This document shows positions 42,850 to 53,499 of a DNA stretch of 64,000 nucleotides, one piece after another. The notes under the pieces are model-generated. The model was not told the origin of the DNA. It did not search any database and saw only the letters and a list, made by a program, of their open reading frames with translations. Source of the stretch: an uncultured bacterium. GTDB lineage: Bacteria; Acidobacteriota; HRBIN11; JAKEFK01. Position numbers and translations under genes: made by a program. Location of the stretch: assembly GCA_963777505.1 (NCBI GenBank), contig CAVZQN010000001.1, forward strand, positions 416,001-480,000, given 5' to 3'. Each line of letters opens with the position of its first letter. Position 1 is the first letter of the stretch.

Positions 42850-45280
42850 GCCAAGAAGTACGACAAAATCAATTCTATTTCCCAATGAAGACGGCGAATG
42901 GAGCCAGTGTGATATCACTCAACGGTAGTTCACTTTGCTTTTGGTCTGGACTGGTCAGTATTGCGGTTTCATAAATTTGATTCAACGATTCCATGCTGGT
43001 TAAGGTCGACTGCAACTTTTCGCGGTTGTGAGCTCATGTTTAACGCAACGAGTACTACATCACGGGTTGAAGGAATTTCTTCGCTGACCATGGAGAGAAC
43101 ATGTTGGTCTTCACGGTTCAGGGCAATGTATGATCCATTTCTTAACGCAGGACTTTGACGGCGCAGATTGATTAATTGTTTGTAGAAATTCAAAATTGAA
43201 TTTGGATTTTTATCGTCTACAGCAACATTTCTTGTTTTAGAACTTTCGGGTACAGGAAGCCAGGTTTTAGATTGCACTGCTGAAACCTGGTTTAAGGTTG
43301 TGTCCACATTGCAAGCACAATCAGTGAGCGCTCTCCGACACGTTCTTGGTCAGTGGAAGCCAGCTTTGGTTTACCAACCGGATCAGCTCAACAATCCTTT
43401 CAACGCGTTTTAGAGCGTGTCATGATCCCGATTGCATCTCCCTAATAACGTGCGGTTAGCGCGCGTGGCGATAGGAAAACGCCGTTGCTGCAATTTCCGC
43501 AATTGTGATGCATTCAAGTTTTTGCGCCATCACACGAACTACTCGGTCGCTGCATTGCACTTTGTTGACTCACTGATTGCAGATAGCAGGAAATCGGAGT
43601 TGTCCAGCGGCTCACGTCATCGGTGACAATTCGATCGCTCCTCAATTTGCGGACGAATAGCCGATGAATGATTTACAAGCGCAAATTGAAAATCCATCGG
43701 CAATTGAACCTCATCATTCTGTCCATACATTTTGCAAGCTCTGCAATGTTAGGCTGATCTGCCATCACGATATAGGTCCGGATGTCTAGGATAGCGATCC
43801 ACCGATTTGCGGCATTTCGCGCAAGAGATCATGCACTTCAGGAAGATCATCTGCGTAATGCTGATCGATTTCAGGACTTGCCATACGCGTCACTTTGCCT
43901 GGCAACAAGATCAGGCTCAGCCGCTGAAATTCGGATCCTTCAAGCCAAATCGCGAAATCGCATCAGCATGATTCAATCCTGTACCGACATCACGATGCTT
44001 CTTTCCATAAAGCTTTGTCACCTGCTCCAGCGAAGATCTTAACTGAGGCTCTGCTGCTTCATACGAACCAAGACCGTAATACGTTTTTCCTATTGTGCTG
44101 CGAACAGCCGCTTGAATTTCAGGCTGGCTTGAAAGCTCCAATTCAACTCGCTGCGAAGCTTCGTTCAAAACTTTCGCAACAGTAACATCCTTACCTTGAA
44201 CTTCCGGATCAGCAGAACTCAACATGGTCTGAATGAATTGATTGATTTGTGCAGCCTTTTCCGCTTCGATTCGAGCTTTATCCCTTTGTTGAGCGCAATC
44301 TTTGCCTGTGTAATGTCGATCAAATCCACCGATCAATGTCAGAACTACAACAGTCGCAACAGCAACAGCCATAGTATTACGTTTGATAAATTTGCCGGTA
44401 CGATAGCTCAAGGTATCTTTTCTTGCTAATACTGGCATTCCTTCGAGATGTCGTTCGATATCTTCTGAGAATGTTGGACCGATGCATAACGCCTTTGCTG
44501 GATCTTACTGCAGGCCAAATGTTCTCCAGACCACGAAGGCCAAATCTTCGGGGGCTGATCGGAGCTTTTCCATCACGCCAGATGTACCGATCACGTTGCT
44601 CGGATTTTTGCGAGCCGATTTCGATTCCTTGAACCAGGAATGTTGATCTGAAGTATGATTTGGAACAAGATCCACAATGATCCGGATATTTCTTTTCTTT
44701 CCTTCGGCAACCAAGCCGAGTCAAAATCTGCCATTGTGCCATATTGCGAATCGATACTATGTGATCTGAAACATCGTCAGCCAAAGTCTACTTGCGGTAA
44801 AGACGGCGAGCATTGGTAGTAAGTCATCACAGTATTGCATCGATAGGAGTCCACTTCAACATAATCCAAGACCAAATATCGTGAATGCCCTTCATTGGTC
44901 TTACCGCCATCCAAAAGTCTTGCGATGTTAGGATGATCGAGATTTGCGAGGATTTGCCTTTCTCGGATGAAACCTTTGAAACCTCAAGTACATCATCGAC
45001 GCACGGTTTCATCAACTTAATTGCAACATGCTTCCTAAATCTGATTGATCAGCGCGGGCGGCGAGTATGAAACTGCACCCATCGCACCATAACCGAATTT
45101 CAGAATGATCTTGTAAGGCCCTATTCTTTCTGTGTGAATCGAGTCCGTTAGGCATAGAGGGATAGCGATTGAACTGCTCGAACAATATACTACAGGCTTC
45201 CGACATTCATTTTGGAACTGTGTACTGGCTTTACAGATTTTGTGATGAAATAGTCGCAGCAAGACGATCGTCAACTAGGA
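42850..45280 (-). pseudogene. Scrambled block of interleaved GH13 alpha-glucosidase and Ser/Thr kinase-TPR fragments (probable assembly chimera)
   Basis: GH13 pieces: [11 protein letters not shown] and WLPV..NV...SILNFYKQLI.LRR. Kinase pieces: [23 protein letters not shown] and EGMPVLARK..Y...KFIKR. Dense indels throughout. Confidence 0.7.
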
Positions 45281-45287
45281 GAAAACA

Positions 45288-46208
45288 ATGGCCTATTTCA
45301 TTCTGATTCTTTTTCTTTTGTTTACCGCAACTGCAAATGCACAGAGAGATGATTTCAGTAAGGTTGAAATCAAAGTGACACGCGTTGCTGGAACGGTTTA
45401 TATGCTGGAAGGCGCTGGCGGAAATATTGCCGCTTCAGTGGGCGAAGATGGAATTGTTATTGTTGATGATCAATATGCGCCGCTTGTGGAAAAAATCCGC
45501 GCCGCTCTTAAAGGGATCACTGACAAACCAGTCCGCTTTGTTATCAATACGCATTATCATTTTGATCATACAGGCGGCAATGCTGATTTCAGTAAAACAT
45601 CCACACTCGTCGCACATGAGAACGTTCGAAAACGTCTCGAAAAAGGCGGCGTCGCAGGAAACGGCGGCTCTGTTCGCTTTGATCTCAAACCAGAACCGAA
45701 AGAAGCGCTTCCAATCATTACCTATTTGCACGATGTTTCACTCCATTTGAATGGAGAAACGATTCGCGCGTTGCATTATCCTTCCGGACACACAGATGGC
45801 GATAGCATCGTCTATTTTGAGAAATCGAATGTGGTCCATATGGGCGATAATTTTGTAACTTACGGTTTTCCTTTTATCGATATCATGGCCGGCGGCAGTG
45901 TTGAAGGGATGATTAAAGGAGTCGAGTCTGCTATGGCTCAATTTCCAGCAGATGTAAAAGTGATTCCTGGCCACGGCCAGATCTGCAGTAAAAGCGATGT
46001 CACGACTTATGTAACCATGTTGAAAGAAACATCCACAGCTGTAAAAAAAGCGTTAGCGGAAAAGAAAACTCTGGAAGAAATGAAGAAGCAAAACATTCTG
46101 GAACCATGGAAAAAGTACAGCGGAGACTTTATCTCTTCCGACGCCTTTATCGAGACTCTCTACAACTCATTCACAGGCAAAAAGGATTCAGCCTTCATAA
46201 AGCATTGA
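45288..46208 (+). CDS. Secreted MBL-fold metallo-hydrolase (cyclase-like)
   Basis: Signal peptide; GAGGNI, NTHYHFDHTGGN, GHTDGD, HMGD and IPGHG motifs. Confidence 0.9.
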   Translation: MAYFILILFLLFTATANAQRDDFSKVEIKVTRVAGTVYMLEGAGGNIAASVGEDGIVIVDDQYAPLVEKIRAALKGITDKPVRFVINTHYHFDHTGGNADFSKTSTLVAHENVRKRLEKGGVAGNGGSVRFDLKPEPKEALPIITYLHDVSLHLNGETIRALHYPSGHTDGDSIVYFEKSNVVHMGDNFVTYGFPFIDIMAGGSVEGMIKGVESAMAQFPADVKVIPGHGQICSKSDVTTYVTMLKETSTAVKKALAEKKTLEEMKKQNILEPWKKYSGDFISSDAFIETLYNSFTGKKDSAFIKH

Positions 46209-46303
46209 GCAGTGGTTGTTCCAATAGTTGCTTAAGAAGTGACGATAGTTGCTCTATCACCTGGAAAGAGTATCGCTTCTACTCGGAATGCTGTTTCTAA
46301 ATT

Positions 46304-46320
46304 CTGGCATGTCGGTTGCT
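46304..46320 (+). promoter_or_regulatory. Putative sigma54 (-24/-12) promoter
   Basis: CTGGCATGTCGGTTGCT has GG-N10-GC spacing and lies 35 bp before ATG 46355. Confidence 0.65.
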
Positions 46321-46354
46321 TCCTGAAGCTGTATCGAAGCAAAAGGAGAACGAC

Positions 46355-46648
46355 ATGCGAATCGAACATGGTAACAATGTATATAAAGCTGCTCAAAAAC
46401 AGGAAGAATCTCAACATCCATCTAAAGAAGAGATTGTAAAAAGAGTTCAAGAGAGTTTTGATCAATTCGACAACAATCCAAGAAACATCTCATATGATGA
46501 TATTGTCAGCCATTTCACCACTCCTCCGACGCCTCCAGAAGTTGTTGGCGCAGCAAATGCTGCTGACATTCCTGAAGAAGCGCTTGATAAACTCAGGCAA
46601 CAAGTAGCAGTTTCTGCTGATCAAAATAAGTCTGAGAAAAAAGATTGA
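46355..46648 (+). CDS. Small hypothetical protein (97 aa)
   Basis: AGGAG RBS; MRIEHGNN start; sigma54-like promoter upstream. Confidence 0.65.
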   Translation: MRIEHGNNVYKAAQKQEESQHPSKEEIVKRVQESFDQFDNNPRNISYDDIVSHFTTPPTPPEVVGAANAADIPEEALDKLRQQVAVSADQNKSEKKD

Positions 46649-46661
46649 GTCACCCCGGCGT

Positions 46662-47639
46662 TTAGTCGTTTAGTTTTATCGTGCTTTGTCTTTGCCTATT
46701 CACAATCAGTTGCGTGACATCTGGCCGTGAATAGTGTCCGACCGGATCAAAGTTTTGTCTTTCTTCGCGAACGTGGCGGTGATTGATTGTTGCAACCAGC
46801 AATTTGTCTTGATCGGCAAGAGGTTCAATGATCCATTGTCCATCCGGTCCTGCAAGACAGGATCCTCCATTCGCAAGGACATCCGGAACATTAGCCAGGA
46901 TTTTTTGAAGATGAGGTGTTTCAGGTGGAAAATCTTCTTTACGCATTAATCCGCAAACCGACATTACAAAAGAGCGTGATTCCTTTGCAATGAAGCGGGT
47001 GATGTCTTGTGTGTTATGAGTTCCACCTGGCCAAATGGCTACATGGAAATCTTCACCCTGGGCGTACAATGCAGCACGTGGCAAGGGCATCCAATTTTCC
47101 CAACAGTTCAGACCGCCAACTGTGAATGCACCCAAACGGTGTGTTCGCAATCCATGTCCATCACCGGGGGACCAGGTCAAGCGCTCTTCATAAGTTGGCA
47201 TCAGCTTGCGGTGTACGGATCCGATTTGTCCTTGCGGATCTATATATACTAATGAAGCGTACAAACTATGACCGCCGCGATCTGCGGCGCGTTCGATGCA
47301 TCCAACGATTACGGCAATACGATTTTCAGCAGCCGTTTCACAAAGCGATTTCAAGTCACCATTTTCAATCTGCACCGCTTCATGCATATAAAATGCATGA
47401 ATTTCTTTTTGGACGCTTGAGTTGAATCGCGCGCCATCGGTATGTTCAATCCAAAATGGATAGCCGGGAATAAGCGCTTCACCAAATCCAACGAGATGGC
47501 ATCCCTGTCTTGCTGCAAGTTTTATTTTTTCTACTACCTTGCCTAACGTTTTTTCGCGATTGAGCCAGACAGGCGCAATTTGAGCCAATCCAACGGTTAA
47601 TAATTCAGGATTATCAGTGCGTATTTGATCAACCATCAT
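46662..47639 (-). CDS. Nitrilase (carbon-nitrogen hydrolase)
   Basis: Glu-Lys-Cys triad in GEAL.PGYP, HRKLMPT and CWEN; FDPVGHYSRPD. Confidence 0.93.
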   Translation of the reverse strand: MMVDQIRTDNPELLTVGLAQIAPVWLNREKTLGKVVEKIKLAARQGCHLVGFGEALIPGYPFWIEHTDGARFNSSVQKEIHAFYMHEAVQIENGDLKSLCETAAENRIAVIVGCIERAADRGGHSLYASLVYIDPQGQIGSVHRKLMPTYEERLTWSPGDGHGLRTHRLGAFTVGGLNCWENWMPLPRAALYAQGEDFHVAIWPGGTHNTQDITRFIAKESRSFVMSVCGLMRKEDFPPETPHLQKILANVPDVLANGGSCLAGPDGQWIIEPLADQDKLLVATINHRHVREERQNFDPVGHYSRPDVTQLIVNRQRQSTIKLND

Positions 47640-47806
47640 TCACCTCGTGAAGGTATAGCTTATCCAACTTTGCCAAGAAAAGAGAACTCGTGTAAGTTTC
47701 ATAAAAGTGATTTGAATTCGAATCGAGATGAATCGCTTGCCATTATAGGCACTTCATGAGATCGTTCCTTTAATATTCAAGAATGATCCAAACTCCCGGA
47801 GGTTAA

Positions 47807-49148
47807 ATGAAAGAACTAGAAGCGATGCTTGGCTCAATCAGTAATTGGGTTTGGGGACCACCCATGCTAATTCTGCTAGTAGGCACCCACATCTTTTTAA
47901 CCTTCAGGTTAAAAATCATTCAACGGTACTTGGGAACTGCCATCAAACTTTCATTTAAACGAACGAAAGAAGGAACGGGAGATGTCAGTCAATTTGGAGC
48001 GCTCACCACAGCACTCGCTGCAACGATCGGAACGGGAAATATTGTGGGTGTTGCTACAGCGATCGCCGCAGGTGGACCAGGAGCTGTTTTATGGATGTGG
48101 CTTACGGGCGTTTTCGGAATTGCTACGAAATATTCTGAAGCAGTACTCTCGGTAAAATACCGCATCACTACCGATCAGGGAATGATGGCGGGCGGTCCAA
48201 TGTATGTGCTTGAACGGGGGATGAACAAGAAATGGTTGGGCACTGTTTTCGCTGCGCTGACTGCTGTCGCTGCTTTCGGTATTGGCAATATGGTGCAAGC
48301 GAATTCGATTTCAACTCTGGTTCATGAAACTTTCAACATTTCACCCTGGATTAGTGGCATTGTAATGACTGTTTTTACGGCTGTTGTGATTTTAGGTGGA
48401 ATTAAATCGATCGCTACAGTTTGCGAAAAGCTCGTTCCATTTATGGCCATTTTTTATGTAATTGGCTGCGCGATCTTATTGGTGATGAAATACTCAACCA
48501 TTCCTGAAACCATTCAACTCATTTTTAGCAGTGCATTCACTGGACAAGCAGCGATTGGAGGATTTCTCGGAGCCGGAATGAAGGAAGCGATCCGCTATGG
48601 CGTAGCGCGTGGACTTTTTTCAAATGAATCCGGATTAGGAAGTGCACCGATTGTTGCGGCTGCAGCACAAACAAAAAATCCAGTACGGCAAGCTCTTGTT
48701 TCCTCAACCGGAACTTTCTGGGATACCGTTGTTGTCTGCGCGATGACTGGACTGGTCCTGGTTAACTCTGGTGAATGGACTCGCGGATTACAGGGCTCTT
48801 CATTAACGAAAGCTGCATTTTCTGAATTACATACGGTCGGCCCGATTGTATTAACGATTGGATTACTGACTTTTGTATTCTCCACAATTCTTGGATGGTC
48901 TTACTACGGCGAAAAAGCTGCCGAATATTTGTTCGGATCGCGAGTGATTAAACCCTATCGTTTGTTGTGGGTTGTTGCTGTAATGATCGGCTCGGTTGCT
49001 TCTCTACCCGATGGTTTGGTCTTTTGCAGATATCGCCAATGGATTGATGGCTATTCCAAATCTCATTTCCTTGCTTGTTCTCAACAAGGTAATTGTGTCA
49101 GAGACAAAAAAATATCTATGGAGCGAGAATCTGGATCAATCTGCTTGA
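47807..49148 (+). CDS. Alanine/glycine:cation symporter (AGCS family); +1 frameshift near 49008
   Basis: [26 protein letters not shown] and [12 protein letters not shown] motifs; the corrected frame gives [12 protein letters not shown]. Confidence 0.92.
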
Positions 49149-49167
49149 AGCGTTTTTAAACGCCGGG

Positions 49168-50214
49168 TTACTCCACTTGCATTAATCCTTCATCGTATTT
49201 TTCGCGAGCCCTGTCGGCGTCCGCTTTAGTGAGTGGTGCGAATCCGGAGCCAGTCTTTTTCATTTGTTCGATGTAGTTATTGTATTCAGGTGATCCGCCA
49301 TAGTGGATTTGAGGTTTCCCAGGCGTGGATTCAGGATCGTAAATAAATGTGCGGCCTTTATCGTCCTTGCCTGCAACGACCCAGTGATTGGGTGATCCGT
49401 CGCCATCAGTATCCAGGTTGACCGGCCAGCTTTGACCGTTTTTGAAAATTTTATCCGGAAGCCCCGGCCCTGCCGGTGGAGTGAGACCGGCAGCAGTATA
49501 AAGCGAATGCATATCTCCATCCAAAACTCCTTTTCCACCTTTTGGATCGGGTACAGCGTATCCGCTATGAATCATTTCGCTTAGCTTTGCTAAATCTCCG
49601 TGCGTTGCCGTTTTGTCTTTTATCCGCTTTTCGATTTCATCGAGTTCTTTTGATGGTGGTAAATTCTTTTTCATAGCACCGGTAAGCTTCAGTAGTCCCT
49701 GTTCTCCACCGCTGTTAATGGCCGATGCAATTACTGCAGTCCCGCCGCATCGATCTTTATCTTCCGTAGTTTTTGGATTTTGATCATGTTGCGAAAGGTT
49801 TTGCAAAACTTTTTCGCGATCCATTTTGCCACTGTCGAAAATCGGCGTATTGTCAGGTACACGTGCTTCTGGTTTATAAGGGACTCCTGCAGGAGATGAC
49901 GGCTGCGATGAAAGTTTTTCGGTGACCCAACCTGAAACTTCGACTTTCTTTTCAACCACTGGATAAGTTCCACCAATAAGATCACTCGTAGTCGAAGCTG
50001 AAGCGGATTTGAACGACTCTTGAAGAGTCTGGCGCATCACTTCACCTGAAATTTGCGATTCAGATGTTTTCGCTGCTTTTCCTTCCGATGTTAAAGGCTG
50101 AGTGGTAGAAGAATTCTGCTGCGCATTGCCAGTAGTCTTTTGCGTCTCCGGCGATGACTCACTCGAAGTAGTTGCCGATACCGATTTGTTGCTAATGCCT
50201 TTAATATCGCTCAT
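49168..50214 (-). CDS. Hypothetical protein with S/T-rich N-terminus and a putative papain-like Cys-His-Asp domain
   Basis: GGAGG RBS before ATG 50214; SQ...DRCGGT, NHWVV and IYDP motifs. Confidence 0.65.
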   Translation of the reverse strand: MSDIKGISNKSVSATTSSESSPETQKTTGNAQQNSSTTQPLTSEGKAAKTSESQISGEVMRQTLQESFKSASASTTSDLIGGTYPVVEKKVEVSGWVTEKLSSQPSSPAGVPYKPEARVPDNTPIFDSGKMDREKVLQNLSQHDQNPKTTEDKDRCGGTAVIASAINSGGEQGLLKLTGAMKKNLPPSKELDEIEKRIKDKTATHGDLAKLSEMIHSGYAVPDPKGGKGVLDGDMHSLYTAAGLTPPAGPGLPDKIFKNGQSWPVNLDTDGDGSPNHWVVAGKDDKGRTFIYDPESTPGKPQIHYGGSPEYNNYIEQMKKTGSGFAPLTKADADRAREKYDEGLMQVE

Positions 50215-50312
50215 TGGGAACCTCCACAAGAAAATTCGATGACTCATTTTTATTTTCGCCTGGAGCGAAAAAAAATCGCCACCTGTACAGGTAGGTGCGG
50301 GATGGTGGAGAG

Positions 50313-50633
50313 ACCAGCCTTTCAGGAAAATGAGAGAGCAGCGCTTGCGGCTTCTTTCAAAGTCTTCATCGCCTGGAGATACGGATATGGACCATAGCTA
50401 ATACGGGAAACTCCCACTTCAGCAAGTTGTTTTGATGAAGGTGCATCCGGTTGATACATAATATTGATCGGCAGAGGTGAACGTTCGCAAAGCGTTTCAA
50501 TGAATGCAATATTGATCAATCCCGGAACAAAAAAGCCAGTCGCACCGGAATCTGCATAAGCCGAAGCCCGGCTTAAAGCTTCTTCGAGTTGGCTCTCATT
50601 GTGAGGAGCAGAATCGGCATTTAAGAAAATATC
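50313..50633 (-). repeat. 321-bp duplicate of the 3' end of the ICL/PEP mutase gene (other copy 54239..54559)
   Basis: Manual alignment shows 8 mismatches in 321 bp; no start codon region. Confidence 0.92.
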
Positions 50634-50675
50634 TCAAGCCGGACTGAAGCGAACCAAAGCCGAGTTATGTTTGCG

Positions 50676-53351
50676 TTATCGTGGTGTGCGAATTAAATCA
50701 GTCCAGTTCAAAATTACGTTGATTGGAGGACTCGATTGCGCTGTCGCTGTGGAGCTCGAAACAAGAAAGCGCTGGCCATCTGCTGTAACATCGTAATCCG
50801 AGCCATACGGATAAAATGTAGAGGCCGTTATTGGAGCTTTGAATAAAACACGGGGAACACCGGCAACGAAATTTCCTGCGTTGCCATTCACTTCAACTGC
50901 AACGACTTTTCTATCCAACGATAGATAGAACAATTCTTTTCCGTCGCGGCGCCATCTTGGCTGGGCTCCGCCATCCGCAGAAATTCGCCATTTTTTTCCT
51001 GATACAGGAAAGGATTGTACGTACACTTCATAATCTCCAGATTCATCTGACGTATACGCGATCCATCCTCCATCAGGTGAAAATGAAGCTTGAAATTCAT
51101 CGAATTCGGTTTGCAGATAAGGTGAGATTTTCTTTTCTAAGAAATTCATTACCCATATGTCGTTTCTTTTGCCGTACCTGTAGCCGGCTATAAACTTACC
51201 ATCAGATGACCAATCGCTAAGATAAAGGGACTCTTTTAGCAGAACCTGTTCTTCGCCAGCTCCGGTGGAGGACATCAGCAAGATATTAGGTGTATTCGTT
51301 AAAGTTGCTCTGCAATACACAACAGATTTTCCATCGGGAGACCAGACGGGGGTTTCATCAAATTCAGGACGGTATGTCAGGCGAGTTGATACATTGCGCG
51401 AAATATCGGTCACCCAAACATCAGGGGTTAAAGCATCGGGATCACCGCGCAGCCAAGCAACTTGAGTACCGTCCGGGGACAGACGATGGAATCGTGAATC
51501 AACACTATTTTCTAGCTCTCCAACCTGCCCTTGCTGAACACCATTTCGGCCATACCATAAGAATTCAACATCCGACAGTTGGCCTGGCCAATATGCAATC
51601 ACGCCATTATCGGAAACTGAAATCGCAGACTGGCCCGTTGCACTCATCCGTCCACGTTTCGCGATCGGAAACGCTTCGCCCTGAATCCGAAGCGATTGGG
51701 GATCAAACGATTGCGCCAGCATAGCGAAATCTTTGAGATACAAAAGATAGCCGGGAGGCGCATAACTGACCCTGGAACCAGAATCCAACACAAATCTTTT
51801 TTCAGAGGAATCCAGTGAACCAGAATAGATACCTTGATTCTTTTTTGTAAACCGGATCAGATATAGAAAATGGCGCCCATCTGGCAGAAATACTGGAAAG
51901 CGGTGCGTAAGTTCCCCCGCTGATTGATCTAGTTCCGTAACTTGTTTTGGTTTACCTCCATCAGCAGGAACCTGATAAAGTGGACCATTTGGTTGATCAG
52001 CAAAAATGATGATGTTGCTGTTTCCCCAGAAGCCGCCTCGATTTCGAGATGCGTCACATAAAACTTGGGGACGTCCGCCTGAAATCGATATCTTCATTAA
52101 TTTGCCTCTTGCAAAAAACGCAATATACCGGCTGTCGGGTGACCAGAATGGGTTCGTGGAATGTTCTGTGCCTGGAAGCTGACGAGCTTCAGGCTCTTTC
52201 AACGGACGCAGCCAGAGCGTTCTTCTACCATCTGCATTGTTATTAAAGGCAACATACTTACCATCCGGTGAGATTGCTACGGGGCCTGTCCCGGTAAAAA
52301 AGGCGCTGGGATCCGGAGGATGAATCGACAATTGGATTGCAGATTTTTGATGCTGAGGTAAAGATTTGGAAAAATATGCGACTGCAAAGGCCGCTGCGGC
52401 AAGTGCTCCCAATGCTGTTAAAACCCATGGTAGCTTTTGAAAACTCCTATGAGAAACCATCGCAGTCGCTGATGCTTCAGGCTGCGAAATGCTTTCTAAA
52501 ATTCCTTGCAGTTCCAGCATGACATCATGTGCAGTTTGCCATCGCAAATCAGGATCCTTTGCAAGACAAATTTTTATAAGACGCTCAAGCGCGCGTGGTG
52601 TTAACGGCTGAATGCTGGAGATTGGGTGGGGCTCAGCAGACATGATTGCTGTGATCAAGCTTGCGCGGCTTTTTCCTATAAATGCTTTTTTGCCTGTAGC
52701 CATTTCGTAAAGCACAGCACCAAGCGCAAAAATGTCTGTGCGTGTATCTGCTCTCCCTTCTTCTAATTGTTCCGGAGACATGTATTGAAATGTCCCCATG
52801 ATTGTTCCTTCGGCAGTGAGTTCTCTCTCTTCGGTTGCAAGCTCCGATAGTGAATCTGATTTCAATTGAGCTGCAGCTTCAAATTTTGCTAACCCAAAAT
52901 CAAGCAACTTTGCGCCCGATTTTGTCAACATGATATTGCCCGGTTTCAAATCACGATGAACGATTCCTTGCTTATGTGCATTGTGCAGAGCATCAGCAAT
53001 CTGAATTCCATAGCGAACTGTTTGTTCAATCGGAAGAGCGCCTTTCGTTAGTTTTTCTGCGAGAGTCTCCCCTTCCAGGAATTCCATGACAAGATAATCG
53101 ATTCCATTTTGATGACCGATATCATGGAGAGTACAAATATGTGGATGGTTCAAGCTTGAAACTGCACGGGCTTCACGTTCAAAGCGCTGTTTCAAATCAG
53201 TATTTGCCGATAAGTGCGAGGGTAATACTTTGACAGCAACTGTGCGGTTTAATCGCGTATCGATCGCTCGATAAACTTCACCCATTCCACCGGCACCGAG
53301 CGCAGATTGAATTTCAAAGTGGCCAAGCTTCGTACCGGCTTTTAGTGACAT
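50676..53351 (-). CDS. Ser/Thr protein kinase, TM helix and TolB-like (PD40) beta-propeller
   Basis: GAGGMGEVY, HRDLKPGN, DFG and YMSPEQ motifs; repeated SPDG blades; INVILNW C-terminus. Confidence 0.93.
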   Translation of the reverse strand: MSLKAGTKLGHFEIQSALGAGGMGEVYRAIDTRLNRTVAVKVLPSHLSANTDLKQRFEREARAVSSLNHPHICTLHDIGHQNGIDYLVMEFLEGETLAEKLTKGALPIEQTVRYGIQIADALHNAHKQGIVHRDLKPGNIMLTKSGAKLLDFGLAKFEAAAQLKSDSLSELATEERELTAEGTIMGTFQYMSPEQLEEGRADTRTDIFALGAVLYEMATGKKAFIGKSRASLITAIMSAEPHPISSIQPLTPRALERLIKICLAKDPDLRWQTAHDVMLELQGILESISQPEASATAMVSHRSFQKLPWVLTALGALAAAAFAVAYFSKSLPQHQKSAIQLSIHPPDPSAFFTGTGPVAISPDGKYVAFNNNADGRRTLWLRPLKEPEARQLPGTEHSTNPFWSPDSRYIAFFARGKLMKISISGGRPQVLCDASRNRGGFWGNSNIIIFADQPNGPLYQVPADGGKPKQVTELDQSAGELTHRFPVFLPDGRHFLYLIRFTKKNQGIYSGSLDSSEKRFVLDSGSRVSYAPPGYLLYLKDFAMLAQSFDPQSLRIQGEAFPIAKRGRMSATGQSAISVSDNGVIAYWPGQLSDVEFLWYGRNGVQQGQVGELENSVDSRFHRLSPDGTQVAWLRGDPDALTPDVWVTDISRNVSTRLTYRPEFDETPVWSPDGKSVVYCRATLTNTPNILLMSSTGAGEEQVLLKESLYLSDWSSDGKFIAGYRYGKRNDIWVMNFLEKKISPYLQTEFDEFQASFSPDGGWIAYTSDESGDYEVYVQSFPVSGKKWRISADGGAQPRWRRDGKELFYLSLDRKVVAVEVNGNAGNFVAGVPRVLFKAPITASTFYPYGSDYDVTADGQRFLVSSSTATAQSSPPINVILNWTDLIRTPR

Positions 53352-53415
53352 CAACTCATTTCAACATAACAACCGCAGAATGCCAAACAGACTCACGAAA
53401 TCATCAAGCTCAGAT

Positions 53416-53443
53416 TGTAATGTCCGTGTAATGTTTGGGTAAT
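53416..53443 (+). promoter_or_regulatory. Three (T/G)GTAAT direct repeats at 11-bp period (OmpR/PhoB-type box)
   Basis: TGTAAT 53416, TGTAAT 53427, GGTAAT 53438, upstream of ATG 53500. Confidence 0.55.
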
Positions 53444-53499
53444 AATCCAGCATTATCGTACCAACGACAGCTTGAAGCGTATGAATAAGCGAGGAAATT

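Noticed and set aside
45288-46208. Metallo-beta-lactamase resistance gene
   Set aside because: The HxHxDH motif is generic. The GAGGNI, GHTDGD and HMGD context fits the widespread cyclase-like MBL family rather than B1-B3 enzymes.
50247-50285. Sigma28-like promoter (GGCGAAAA on the minus strand) before the effector-like gene
   Set aside because: Only a partial -10 match, and no TAAA -35 at the right spacing.
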